Origin: a virus
DNA length: 64,000 nt
Reading direction: 5' to 3' (one strand)
Virus record (IMG/VR): IMGVR_UViG_3300046660_000403
Coordinates: 1 to 64,000 of that record
The translations under genes and the position numbers were made by a program. Shown piece by piece: positions 8,771 to 17,354 of this stretch (the first letter of the stretch is position 1; each line of letters begins with the position of its first letter). The notes beneath the pieces were generated by a model that saw only the letters and a program-made list of their open reading frames with translations, had not been told where the DNA came from and did no database searches.

Positions 8771-8867
8771 GCAAATCTCCAGAGCGTGGCCATCAGTATA
8801 TAGCCTTTTATACAACGCACCAAAGTGAAAGTTTCACTCAGGAACTAAACACAGCCAAAACAACAAT

Positions 8868-8924
8868 AAGACATCAATTTAAAGTTGCTATATACTCTGT
8901 AAAAATCAACTTTCAATTGTAATT
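8868..8924 (+). promoter_or_regulatory. promoter AAGACA-N17-TATACT with two operator-like sites
   Basis: ATCAAT-N5-GTTGCT at 8873-8889 and ATCAAC-N5-ATTGTA at 8905-8921. Confidence 0.6.
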
Positions 8925-9097
8925 CGGCGCCACCAGCGGCATCGCAAGAGATAAGGTGACTTTCATTGTAGGGACCGGGCGCCGCCCGTCATCCCTTAAA
9001 CGGTCTGGGGGGACTATGGAAGAAACCTTATCTGTTGCGCCTGCCAGGCGTGCCTCGGCGTGACCGCCAACCGATCACGATCACTCTACCCGGAACC

Positions 9098-9337
9098 ATG
9101 ATCTCTCACCTGAAAACTAGCTTACTCCTGGCCAGCGCGATGCACGCCAATCCGGGCCGCACACGCCAGCCTGGTACGACGATGAGCGCCAACACGGCGG
9201 TCTTGACGCTGCCGCCCTGCATGCAGCCGCTCTCACCCGCCGAAAAGCTCACCTGGCTCGGCATCACCATCATCGTGGTGATCGTCGTGGCCGGCGTCAA
9301 CCAGTGCCCAGGATTGCCACTGCCACCGATTTATTAA
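9098..9337 (+). CDS. small membrane protein (start uncertain)
   Basis: WLGITIIVVIVVAGV hydrophobic segment. Confidence 0.5.
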   Translation: MISHLKTSLLLASAMHANPGRTRQPGTTMSANTAVLTLPPCMQPLSPAEKLTWLGITIIVVIVVAGVNQCPGLPLPPIY

Positions 9338-9352
9338 CCCAGGAGTTCCCGC

Positions 9353-9613
9353 ATGGCCAAAAAGAAGAATGGCGCCATTACGCCCATAGTCGCCTACAAC
9401 ACCAAGATCGCCCCGATTGTGGACCACCTGAACGCGAGTTGTCGGCAGTACGGCATCACCAACTTGACGGCATTCAGCATTCCGGAGACGGCCGATACCG
9501 GGCAGATCGTCGCCAGCGTGCAGCCCGACGCGCAGGGCCGTTTGCCATCTGAGTTCATGGTGATGCTGGCCTACCTCAAGGGCGACACCGGGCTGCCCAC
9601 GCGCACCCAATGA
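9353..9613 (+). CDS. hypothetical protein
   Basis: AGGAG RBS; GC3-rich codon usage. Confidence 0.75.
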   Translation: MAKKKNGAITPIVAYNTKIAPIVDHLNASCRQYGITNLTAFSIPETADTGQIVASVQPDAQGRLPSEFMVMLAYLKGDTGLPTRTQ

Positions 9614-10368
9614 TGCACCGCGGCGCCGTGACTTGCTTTGCGGCGCCGAACCCTCCCTGGAATATGACTCCGACGCAAGCCCTCAAGGAGGTGCGCGCAC
9701 TGGTGGCCAGCGAAGGCTATGCCATCACCGCCCTCACCCTCGCCAATTATCGTAGCGACCTCCTGCGCACCATAGACCTCTATCAACAACAAATCGCTCA
9801 CCCCATGACAGACCACGCCTTGCAAGACAAAGCGGCCGCCGCCGGCCCCAATCCAGACACCACCATCGCGCAGCTGAACGCCACCATCGCGGACCAGCAG
9901 GCCATCATGGACAAAGCCGCATCCATCATCGCCGAAGGGCTGCACTCCGAAGATGGCATCGATGAGGAGGCTGGGAATCAATGCATCGAGGCCATCCGCG
10001 ACCACTTCAAGAGCATCGAGAAGACCACAGTCGAATCAATGGTCGAGACATTATTCGAGCGTATCGGCGCGGCCGCCGGCTTCCCGTCCGGCACGGAATT
10101 CAACCCCCTGCACGTCATCGATCAGATGCGCATCACGATCGTGGCTCAGGCGAAGATCGGCAAGTACCTGGAACGGGCCTTGAAGGGCATTTGGCGCCCA
10201 GGCGAAGGCGACACCCCTGCCGCCTTGACCCTTTCCGAAGCCGGCGCACCGCCCGACGTCCAATACTTCCCCCCGGAAACGACTTGGCTGCAGGCGCTGG
10301 ATGCGACCGCGCCGCCAGTACCGCCGGAGAACGCGGCGCCCGCGCCCTCCCCGGACGCCGGGAAATAA
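9610..10368 (+). CDS. hypothetical phage protein (start uncertain)
   Basis: Coupled to neighbours; coiled-coil stretch. Confidence 0.65.
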   Translation: MMHRGAVTCFAAPNPPWNMTPTQALKEVRALVASEGYAITALTLANYRSDLLRTIDLYQQQIAHPMTDHALQDKAAAAGPNPDTTIAQLNATIADQQAIMDKAASIIAEGLHSEDGIDEEAGNQCIEAIRDHFKSIEKTTVESMVETLFERIGAAAGFPSGTEFNPLHVIDQMRITIVAQAKIGKYLERALKGIWRPGEGDTPAALTLSEAGAPPDVQYFPPETTWLQALDATAPPVPPENAAPAPSPDAGK

Positions 10369-10871
10369 TGGTTCGCTGCCCGGCATACGAATTGGCACGC
10401 ATGCGTGCCGGCTACTGGCATCAGCCGGCGCTAGGCATCGTTACACCCGGCTGTGTGTACTCCCTGCTCACCGAGGACGATTTCTACGCCCCTCGCCGCC
10501 TGCAACGCTTCATCGGCCGTGCCTGCAATGTGCCGGCGCCGATACGCCACCTGGCGGGCTTCGCGCTGGAAGCTGAACACCGAGCGCGGCCCATCACACG
10601 CCTGTACCAGCTCAAGCAGGCGCAGCTGCGCATCGCCGCGCCCGGCTATGACTTCAGCGCGGCCGCCATCGAGCACGCCGCATACTTGGCCGCCGAAGCC
10701 GCCGCGCGCATCGAGCGGCAACAGGCGCATGCCGCCGCCGAGCGACGCGCGCTGGCCAGCTGCGCTAGCCGGCGCATTGCGCACGAGATCGCCGGGAAAT
10801 GCCTCCCAACAGGGGCCGCCGCAAACTTGGCCATGATGCGCCGCTTATTGAACACTGCGGCCGCAGCATGA
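10368..10871 (+). CDS. hypothetical protein
   Basis: TAATG coupling; begins MVRCPAYELARM. Confidence 0.6.
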   Translation: MVRCPAYELARMRAGYWHQPALGIVTPGCVYSLLTEDDFYAPRRLQRFIGRACNVPAPIRHLAGFALEAEHRARPITRLYQLKQAQLRIAAPGYDFSAAAIEHAAYLAAEAAARIERQQAHAAAERRALASCASRRIAHEIAGKCLPTGAAANLAMMRRLLNTAAAA

Positions 10872-11071
10872 AGGCCAAGCGGGCGAAGTGCGCCGCTGCC
10901 GTTCCTGAGCTGACGGATGCGCAACGGCTGGATCACCTGGGTACTGCAGGTGGCTTCCTGCGTGGCACGGCCGATGGTGCAATTGCCTATAGGATTCTAG
11001 GCAGCGATGTATGGCTCGCCGATCTCCGAGAAGCCATCGACGCGCACGCCATGGCGGCCAAACAATCCTAG
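10868..11071 (+). CDS. hypothetical phage protein
   Basis: ATGA coupling; DAQRLD...DLREAID motif typical of phage small proteins. Confidence 0.6.
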   Translation: MKAKRAKCAAAVPELTDAQRLDHLGTAGGFLRGTADGAIAYRILGSDVWLADLREAIDAHAMAAKQS

Positions 11072-11142
11072 TAGCGCCCCTTTTGTTACTGATTTCCCTT
11101 TATTTTTCAAAAACCATATTGAAAAGAACCTTGAGGAAAGAT

Positions 11143-12231
11143 ATGATAGGCAACATTAATTTTGAACCAAGGCAAATTATGCGATCTTTTGATGGGGTGA
11201 AGGCGAAACTCGCCATGGAGCTGACCGGCTTCACTGGCACGCCGAAGACGTTCCGCGCTCGCTATCGCGATTCGACCGATAACTCTCATAAGCTTTATTC
11301 AGCGCAAGAAATTCGGCATATCCGCATGGATTTACTGGGCATCCCCCAAGATACCACGCGTTCGCGCAGCCTCCCACCAATCATCGACACGCGCATGGCC
11401 AAGGGCGGCGTCGGAAAGACGACCATTACTGGCAACGTTGCCAGTTGCCTTGCCCTGTCTGGCTACAAAGTGCTGCTGATCGATGGCGACCCGCAGGCAT
11501 CATTGACATCCCTGTTCGGCATCAACTGGCTGGAAGAAGAAATCACTCATGTTTCCAAGCTGATGCAGCGCGCTGCACGTAACGAACCTGCCAATCCAGA
11601 GCAGGCGGTACGCTCGGTCTACCCAGGCGGCATGCTGGATCTGATCCCAAGCGATATCACGATGGTGGATGACACGTGGCTGATGGGGATAATGAACCGC
11701 GAATTTGCATTCCAACGCCTGCTGGAGCAGGAACTGGAATTCTTTAGCAAATATGACGTCATAGTCATCGACTCTGCTCCGGGTGCCTCCCTGCTTTCCA
11801 CCACCTTTATGGTGGCCAGCAAAACTCTATTAACCGTAGTATCGCCGGAGGGCCAGGCTATCGCAGCCCTGGACGTGCTGGCGTCGAATGTTCAGGAGAT
11901 CAACGCGGCCTTCAACCGCCAGGGCATCAACTTGGATGTGCATATCGTTGTGAATCAATACAACCAGACGAAAAAACCGCACAATTTTTCCCTCTCCAAG
12001 CTACTGGCGAAGTATCCGGACAAGATTAACGACACCATCGTGCGTGACTTCGTCGGTTTCTTGCGCGAGACCGACCCGGATAGCATCCATACCAATGGTC
12101 CCGTGCTGGAAAAGGAGCCCAATAGCGGCGGCGCACGCGACATTATCGACCTGACCAAGTCCCTTACGCGTCTCTACAGTATTCGCTTGGCCGGCGCTGG
12201 CCCGGCCGCCCAGCTGGAGGAAGCCGCGTGA
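11143..12231 (+). CDS. parA: ParA partition ATPase with N-terminal extension (type Ia-like)
   Basis: KGGVGKTT, LLIDGDPQAS and IVIDSAP motifs; GAGGA RBS. Confidence 0.93.
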   Translation: MIGNINFEPRQIMRSFDGVKAKLAMELTGFTGTPKTFRARYRDSTDNSHKLYSAQEIRHIRMDLLGIPQDTTRSRSLPPIIDTRMAKGGVGKTTITGNVASCLALSGYKVLLIDGDPQASLTSLFGINWLEEEITHVSKLMQRAARNEPANPEQAVRSVYPGGMLDLIPSDITMVDDTWLMGIMNREFAFQRLLEQELEFFSKYDVIVIDSAPGASLLSTTFMVASKTLLTVVSPEGQAIAALDVLASNVQEINAAFNRQGINLDVHIVVNQYNQTKKPHNFSLSKLLAKYPDKINDTIVRDFVGFLRETDPDSIHTNGPVLEKEPNSGGARDIIDLTKSLTRLYSIRLAGAGPAAQLEEAA

Positions 12232-13163
12232 GCAAGCCAGGATTCAAGGTATCCGGATTAATCCAATCCGGGCGTGTCGTGCCGGCCACCGGCATCACTC
12301 CATCTGCGGCATTCTCGCCACAGGACGCACCGAGCGGCCCAGAAGCTCCGACCCCTGGAACCGAAATGATGATGCGGCTGGACCTGCTGGATGATAGCCC
12401 CTATCAGACGCGCCTCAAGATTGATCCACTGCGCGTGGACGCCATTGGCCAGTCCATGCTGGCCACGCGCCAGGTTGATCCCATTGAGGTGCGGATTGTC
12501 AAACCGGGGCGCGCAGAAGTCGTCAAAGGGCATACCCGCAAGTACTCGGCCCTGAGCATTGGATGGGAAGAGGCGCGCGTGCTGATTGTTGCCCTGTCCG
12601 ACAAGGAAGCCGCTGCCGCCGTCCTGATCGACAACACCGGCACCCCGCCGCACGACTACGAGTACGGCCGCAGCTTCCGCCGCCGACTGGATGAGAAGCT
12701 GGCGACTACCCAGTCCGAGCTGGCAGTACAAGTCGGCAAGTCTCAGGGCTTCGTGTCCAAATGCCTGTCGATGTTGGAACTGCCCTCGCCTATTCTTGCG
12801 CTGCTGGATGACGAGCCCGGCCTATTTGGTGTGTCTGCCGCCGCCAATATCCAGGCTCTGTGGAAGGCCTACCCGGAACACACGGCGATCATCGTAGAGG
12901 GCGTCAAGCGGTTCAAGGAAGGCGCCGATCAAAATGGCCTGAAGGCCTGGGTGGTTCAGCAGATTTCTAGGCTGGACACTGAGAAGAAAGATGTGAGTAA
13001 TCGCATCATTCCAAATTCTTCCGGCAATACTGCATACGTTACAATAGTGAAGAAGCGCGATATTACTATTCGCTTGGCAGACCGCAATTTGGATCTGGAA
13101 GCGCATCGCGACAAAATAGAATCGTTCCTGCGGACGTTAATTCAGCAGGAGAAAAATAGTTAA
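12228..13163 (+). CDS. parB: ParB partition protein
   Basis: SPYQTR, QVDPI, GHTR motifs and HTH TQSELAVQVGKSQGFVS; follows parA. Confidence 0.92.
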   Translation: MSKPGFKVSGLIQSGRVVPATGITPSAAFSPQDAPSGPEAPTPGTEMMMRLDLLDDSPYQTRLKIDPLRVDAIGQSMLATRQVDPIEVRIVKPGRAEVVKGHTRKYSALSIGWEEARVLIVALSDKEAAAAVLIDNTGTPPHDYEYGRSFRRRLDEKLATTQSELAVQVGKSQGFVSKCLSMLELPSPILALLDDEPGLFGVSAAANIQALWKAYPEHTAIIVEGVKRFKEGADQNGLKAWVVQQISRLDTEKKDVSNRIIPNSSGNTAYVTIVKKRDITIRLADRNLDLEAHRDKIESFLRTLIQQEKNS

Positions 13164-13171
13164 TGTTAATA

Positions 13172-13210
13172 AAATCAATGACTTACGGATTATTCAAATT
13201 GAATAATCGC
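13172..13210. repeat. 39-bp direct repeat, copy 1 (IHF-like site plus palindrome)
   Basis: AAATCAATGACTTACGGATTATTCAAATTGAATAATCGC. Confidence 0.85.
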
Positions 13211-13231
13211 GTTTTGAACAACTATTAATTG

Positions 13232-13256
13232 AAAACCCGGCCTCGGCTGGGTTTTT
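13232..13256 (+). terminator. parAB intrinsic terminator
   Basis: AAAACCCGGC...GCTGGGTTTTT. Confidence 0.75.
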
Positions 13257-13299
13257 GTCATTTCTACTGGGATGAATATGGGCCACTGATACCCACCAT

Positions 13300-13389
13300 A
13301 GAAAGCAAAACGCCCCGATTTGGCGATCGAGGCGTTTTCAAACAATTAGATGCTGCACCAAGGGGGACGAGAGACCCCGAGGCCTGAGA
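13300..13389 (-). ncRNA. putative antisense copy-control RNA against the rep leader (ends approximate)
   Basis: Minus-strand TTGACA(13424-13419)-N17-TAAGAT(13401-13396); terminator hairpin at 13307-13338. Confidence 0.65.
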
Positions 13390-13451
13390 AACTTCATCTT
13401 AGTCCCCCTTGGTATGGCTGTCAATAACTTTACCCCCTCCAGGGGGCAAGG

Positions 13452-14645
13452 ATGGCTATGCACGTTCCAAAATCGGAAGAGGCTCGCTTCTTCCAGGCAG
13501 GGACGGCGCTTAACCGCATTCTGCGGGAGGCGCCTTACCTACCCCGATGCAGCGACGATAAAACGGCGACGCGGGTGAGACCGCGTGAGTACGCGATACG
13601 CTACCCGTATATGCAGGTGAATCGCCCGGGCTTTGTGAGCTGGTTGATTTTCGACCTAGACCACACTGACGCTTGGCGCTGGGAGGATGCTGGCTTGCCG
13701 GCGCCGAACCTGATCGTGCGCAACCGCAAGAACGGGCACAGCCATCTTTACTATGCCATTACGCCGGTATGCACGACGGCTGCAGCGCGTGGCGGACCAA
13801 TTGCCTATATGAAGGCGATCTACGAGGCATTCGCCGCCAAGCTGTCAGCAGACCCGGAATACCATTCGGGGCCTGTGGCGAAAACCCCAGGCCATCCATG
13901 GTGGCTGACGCACGAGCTGCACAGCACCGTATACGAACTAGGCGATCTAGCTGACTACGTGGATCTGGTAACGACGAGCCCATGGAGCAAAGGCGTCCAG
14001 CTGGATGATGTTGCGCATTCCCGCCACTGCACGCTGTTCGAACACCTTCGTCACTATGCCTACTCGATTGTGGGCCGCGAGCGCTCCAGTGGCACCCTCG
14101 CCTCTTTCACGCGACTTGTCGATGCGTATGCGCACAGCAAGAACCAATTCCTGCACCTGGGATTCGCCGCGAATCTGGCGCTGTCATCAGTCCGCGCCAC
14201 TGTGAAATCGGTCGCTAGGTGGACATGGGAGCATTACACCGGCTCTCGTCGCGCAAACCGCGGCGTGATGCAGCTTGACGCCGAGCTGCCGCTGGCCGAG
14301 CGCCAAAAGCGCGCTGCGACCCGCACGCACCAAGAGCGCCAATCTGCCACGGAAGCGAAGATCCGCGCCGCATGTCGTTTATTGCAGGCACGTGGCGAGA
14401 CACTGACTCAAGCAGCTATCGGGCGGGTCGCTGGCCTGGCCAGGCAGACCATAGCCAAATACAAGCATGTCGTTGCCTCCCCTCCCCCACCGACCATCAG
14501 TCTGGTGCCGCCTCCCGCCGCAAACCACGATGTTAAGTATGCTGCACATCAGGTAACTGGGGCCTTGTCATTTGTTGAGCCGGGGGCAAAGATCCTACCC
14601 TCTTTAGCTGGTATTGCTAGATTGCCGAATATTCATGATGGATGA
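13452..14645 (+). CDS. repA: plasmid replicase (ColE2/pAL5000-like Replicase + PriCT + HTH)
   Basis: IFDLD, PAPN, NGHSHLYY and SRHCTLF motifs; C-terminal HTH. Confidence 0.9.
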   Translation: MAMHVPKSEEARFFQAGTALNRILREAPYLPRCSDDKTATRVRPREYAIRYPYMQVNRPGFVSWLIFDLDHTDAWRWEDAGLPAPNLIVRNRKNGHSHLYYAITPVCTTAAARGGPIAYMKAIYEAFAAKLSADPEYHSGPVAKTPGHPWWLTHELHSTVYELGDLADYVDLVTTSPWSKGVQLDDVAHSRHCTLFEHLRHYAYSIVGRERSSGTLASFTRLVDAYAHSKNQFLHLGFAANLALSSVRATVKSVARWTWEHYTGSRRANRGVMQLDAELPLAERQKRAATRTHQERQSATEAKIRAACRLLQARGETLTQAAIGRVAGLARQTIAKYKHVVASPPPPTISLVPPPAANHDVKYAAHQVTGALSFVEPGAKILPSLAGIARLPNIHDG

Positions 14646-14771
14646 TTTTATGAGGAACCCCAAGAAACCGCCCCGGCTTCGACAGCGCGATAGCGCTGCT
14701 TGATTTGCGAAGCAAATTCGACGGGCGACAAACGAAGTGCGTCAGCGGATGTTCCGCCATCACTCCCTTAT

Positions 14772-14810
14772 AAATCAATGACTTACGAGTTATTCAATTT
14801 GAATAATCGC
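14772..14810. repeat. 39-bp direct repeat, copy 2
   Basis: AAATCAATGACTTACGAGTTATTCAATTTGAATAATCGC; 3 mismatches to copy 1. Confidence 0.85.
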
Positions 14811-15945
14811 CTTCAGTGTGAAGTTTTGCCCATGCGTCCTGGGTTTCATTGTGGCGCGCGGCGTCTTCTTTATGTAGGTAACGTCCGGTGGTTTTGATGT
14901 GCGTGTGGCGTGCGTTGCGCTGCACGGTGGGCAGCGGCATCCCGGCGTCAAGCTGGTGCGTGAGCGACGAATGCCGTAACCAGTGCGTGGAAGCTTGCTC
15001 GATTCGCCGTGCGAGTTCGGGGTTTCCATCGGCGTTGGCCAGCGCGGCGGCGTGTTTCATGACGAGCTTGATCGCGCGGGCAACCGTGTAGTGGCTGGCG
15101 CGGCGCTGTGGTCCGCGAGAGGCAAGCAATAGCGGCAACGCTTCATCATGGTGGGGCAGGGCGGTCAAACCGAGGGCTTGCCGGTAGCTCTGATATTCCG
15201 CCAGCAGCTGGTCTGTAACGGGCACCTTGCCCCTCTTCCTCCCCTTCCCGATAACGTGCAGCCACCAGCGGCCATCGCGTTCGCGCGCGATGCTGCGCAT
15301 GTTCGCCTGCACCAGCTCGTTCAATCGGGCGGCGGAATGGTAGTAGGCCAGGATGATGAAGCGGGCGCGCGCCTTGCGGATCGCTTCGCCTGGACGATCG
15401 GACGGCAGCTGCTCGACGGCCGCCAGCAGCAACGGGATGGCGGGGGAGGGCAGGAAGCGCGACACGGCTTCCTCGCCCGACAGCGCCAGGTTGCCCAGCA
15501 GCTTTGCCGGGTTGTGCGCCAGGTAGCCCGCCGCGCGCGCCCAGCCGAATAGGCCTTTAAGGATCACCAGCGCTTGCCGTTGCGACGGCTCGGACAGCGG
15601 ACCGAGGAAGGGGCGCCAGCGCGGATCGGTGCGCGGGTACTTCGCCGCCGCTACCCACTGGTCCGCCGGCGCCGGCTGGTTGATGAAGTTGGCGTAGGCC
15701 AGCAGGTGTTCATAGTAGACCGTGCGCAGCTGCAGGCCGTGGCTACCGCACCAGAGCAGGAAGCGGTGGGCTTCCTTGTCGGCGGCGCGGATGGTGCGGG
15801 GCGAGAGGTTGGGGCGTTGCAGCCATAGCCGCACCAGGCGCGCGTCTGTGTCGGCATGCGTGAGCGTACCAGGGGGCAGGGGAGGGCTGGCCAGCGTGGC
15901 GGCCGGCTGGAAGCGCGCCGGCGGGCGCGACTGATCGTTGTCCAT
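14794..15945 (-). CDS. tyrosine recombinase (probable dimer resolvase)
   Basis: ARLNEL, GKG, HWLRH, ARH and RYLH catalytic motifs. Confidence 0.92.
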   Translation of the reverse strand: MDNDQSRPPARFQPAATLASPPLPPGTLTHADTDARLVRLWLQRPNLSPRTIRAADKEAHRFLLWCGSHGLQLRTVYYEHLLAYANFINQPAPADQWVAAAKYPRTDPRWRPFLGPLSEPSQRQALVILKGLFGWARAAGYLAHNPAKLLGNLALSGEEAVSRFLPSPAIPLLLAAVEQLPSDRPGEAIRKARARFIILAYYHSAARLNELVQANMRSIARERDGRWWLHVIGKGRKRGKVPVTDQLLAEYQSYRQALGLTALPHHDEALPLLLASRGPQRRASHYTVARAIKLVMKHAAALANADGNPELARRIEQASTHWLRHSSLTHQLDAGMPLPTVQRNARHTHIKTTGRYLHKEDAARHNETQDAWAKLHTEGDYSN

Positions 15946-15957
15946 TGGACGTCCAGG

Positions 15958-16275
15958 CTATTGCAGGCGGGCCGGCGCCTCTTGGAAACTGGCGATACTG
16001 GCAAGCGCTGCGGCCTTTTTCTCGGCGGTGATCTGCTCGGCCACCGGATCGGCGGCGCCGCCCAGTTCGCGGTGCATGCGGTACCACGCCGAGATCAAGC
16101 TGGCCAGGTTGGCCTCGGCGGTCTGCCGGAAGGCAACCGGGTCGATGCCGGAGGCGGTGCAAATGGCCTCGATGGGCGCCCATTCAAATTCCATATCGCC
16201 GCTCTCAAGGTGGCGGCGCAATTTCAGGGCGGAGAAATCGAGGCCAGCGGGGATGCGCAGTTTCGTGGCGGGCAT
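15958..16275 (-). CDS. hypothetical protein
   Basis: AGGAG RBS before MPATKLRIP. Confidence 0.75.
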   Translation of the reverse strand: MPATKLRIPAGLDFSALKLRRHLESGDMEFEWAPIEAICTASGIDPVAFRQTAEANLASLISAWYRMHRELGGAADPVAEQITAEKKAAALASIASFQEAPARLQ

Positions 16276-16297
16276 GGCGGCTCCTATGCGCAGTGCG

Positions 16298-16561
16298 CTA
16301 TTGCGGGTTGGCAGGGGCTTCTGGAGTGCGGACGTACTCGATGGCTTGCTCCAGGCGCAGCGCATCGCCGTCGCGCTGTTGGCCGTGCGTGATGCGTTCC
16401 CACAGGCGAAAGGCGCTCCACAAGGAATCGGCGAGCGTATCCGCATGATCCAGCTTGCCCTCGGCGCGATAGCTGCGCACCAGCCCGGCGACGAATTCAA
16501 TGTGGCCGAGCATGTCGCCGGTGATCTGATTGTAGGTGAAGGACGGATTGTCGTTGCTCAT
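16298..16561 (-). CDS. hypothetical protein
   Basis: Begins MSNDNPSF; in operon with the recombinase. Confidence 0.65.
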   Translation of the reverse strand: MSNDNPSFTYNQITGDMLGHIEFVAGLVRSYRAEGKLDHADTLADSLWSAFRLWERITHGQQRDGDALRLEQAIEYVRTPEAPANPQ

Positions 16562-16618
16562 GATGGCCTGGGGATAGATTGGCAATTGGGTAATTCTACG
16601 CCGAAAAAGTTGGCAAAT

Positions 16619-16656
16619 GGTGAATGCGTGAGTACGGTAGTAATCACGCATTCACC
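16619..16656. promoter_or_regulatory. inverted repeat with loxP-like geometry
   Basis: GG-TGAATGCGTGAGT-ACGGTAGT-AATCACGCATTCA-CC. Confidence 0.6.
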
Positions 16657-16768
16657 TCTGAAAGGAGGTGCTTGCGGTCCCTTCAAATGTTTAATGGTCA
16701 ACGCCTCTTGATTATTGGAAAATCAATGCCATAAAGTATTGACCAACACTCAACCCCCGAGGCCGGCC

Positions 16769-17350
16769 ATGCAAGTAAACCTGAAGCGTCTTCACGGAAA
16801 TTTCAACGCGGGCTATGCGCTCGATAAACATACCCTGAGCAGCACTCCCATCGGCCACAACGAACAGGGGCACATGCAATTCGACACCAAGCGCCCGCCC
16901 GCCGGCGAGGCGCTTTACCAGCTCAAGTACAACAACAAGGATTTCGGCCAGGTCGAGCCACTGGCCCAGGCCGTGGTGGAGCATATCGTGCCGTTGCTGC
17001 CGAAAATTGCGATGGTCGTCCCGATGCCCCCCAGCCGGGCGCGCCCGCAGCAGCCCGTCACGGAACTGGCGCGCGCGATTGCGCGCAAACTGAACGTGAA
17101 GATGTTCGAACTGCTGCGCAAGGCCCCGAACGGGCCGTCGCTGAAGGATTTGCCGACACGCGCGGAGAAGGTGGCCGCGTTGCAAGGCATGATCACGCTC
17201 AATCCCGGCATTACCAATGAGGGCCGCTGGACCGCCCTGCTGGTCGATGACCTGTTCGACAGCGGCGCCACCGTCGATGCCGCGTGCCACGTGCTGCGCA
17301 CCTATGAGAAAATAGGCGATATATACGTTGCTACGATCACTTGGAAATAA
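16769..17350 (+). CDS. ComF-like phosphoribosyltransferase
   Basis: LYQLKY, VPMPPS and LLVDDLFDSGAT PRPP-binding loop. Confidence 0.88.
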   Translation: MQVNLKRLHGNFNAGYALDKHTLSSTPIGHNEQGHMQFDTKRPPAGEALYQLKYNNKDFGQVEPLAQAVVEHIVPLLPKIAMVVPMPPSRARPQQPVTELARAIARKLNVKMFELLRKAPNGPSLKDLPTRAEKVAALQGMITLNPGITNEGRWTALLVDDLFDSGATVDAACHVLRTYEKIGDIYVATITWK

Positions 17351-17354
17351 TGAA

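Noticed and set aside
5690-8930. LexA/SOS box or autoinducer synthase in the regulatory region
   Set aside because: No CTGT-N8-ACAG found by eye in the intergenic segments; no LuxI- or CqsA-like ORF in the window
14794-15945. Recombinase as evidence of chromosomal integration
   Set aside because: No att junction, tRNA or host genes in the window; context next to rep/par favours resolution
17339-17351. Reverse TTTCCAAGT resembling the phage promoter motif
   Set aside because: No -10 hexamer at the 17-nt spacing; explained by the W-K-stop codons
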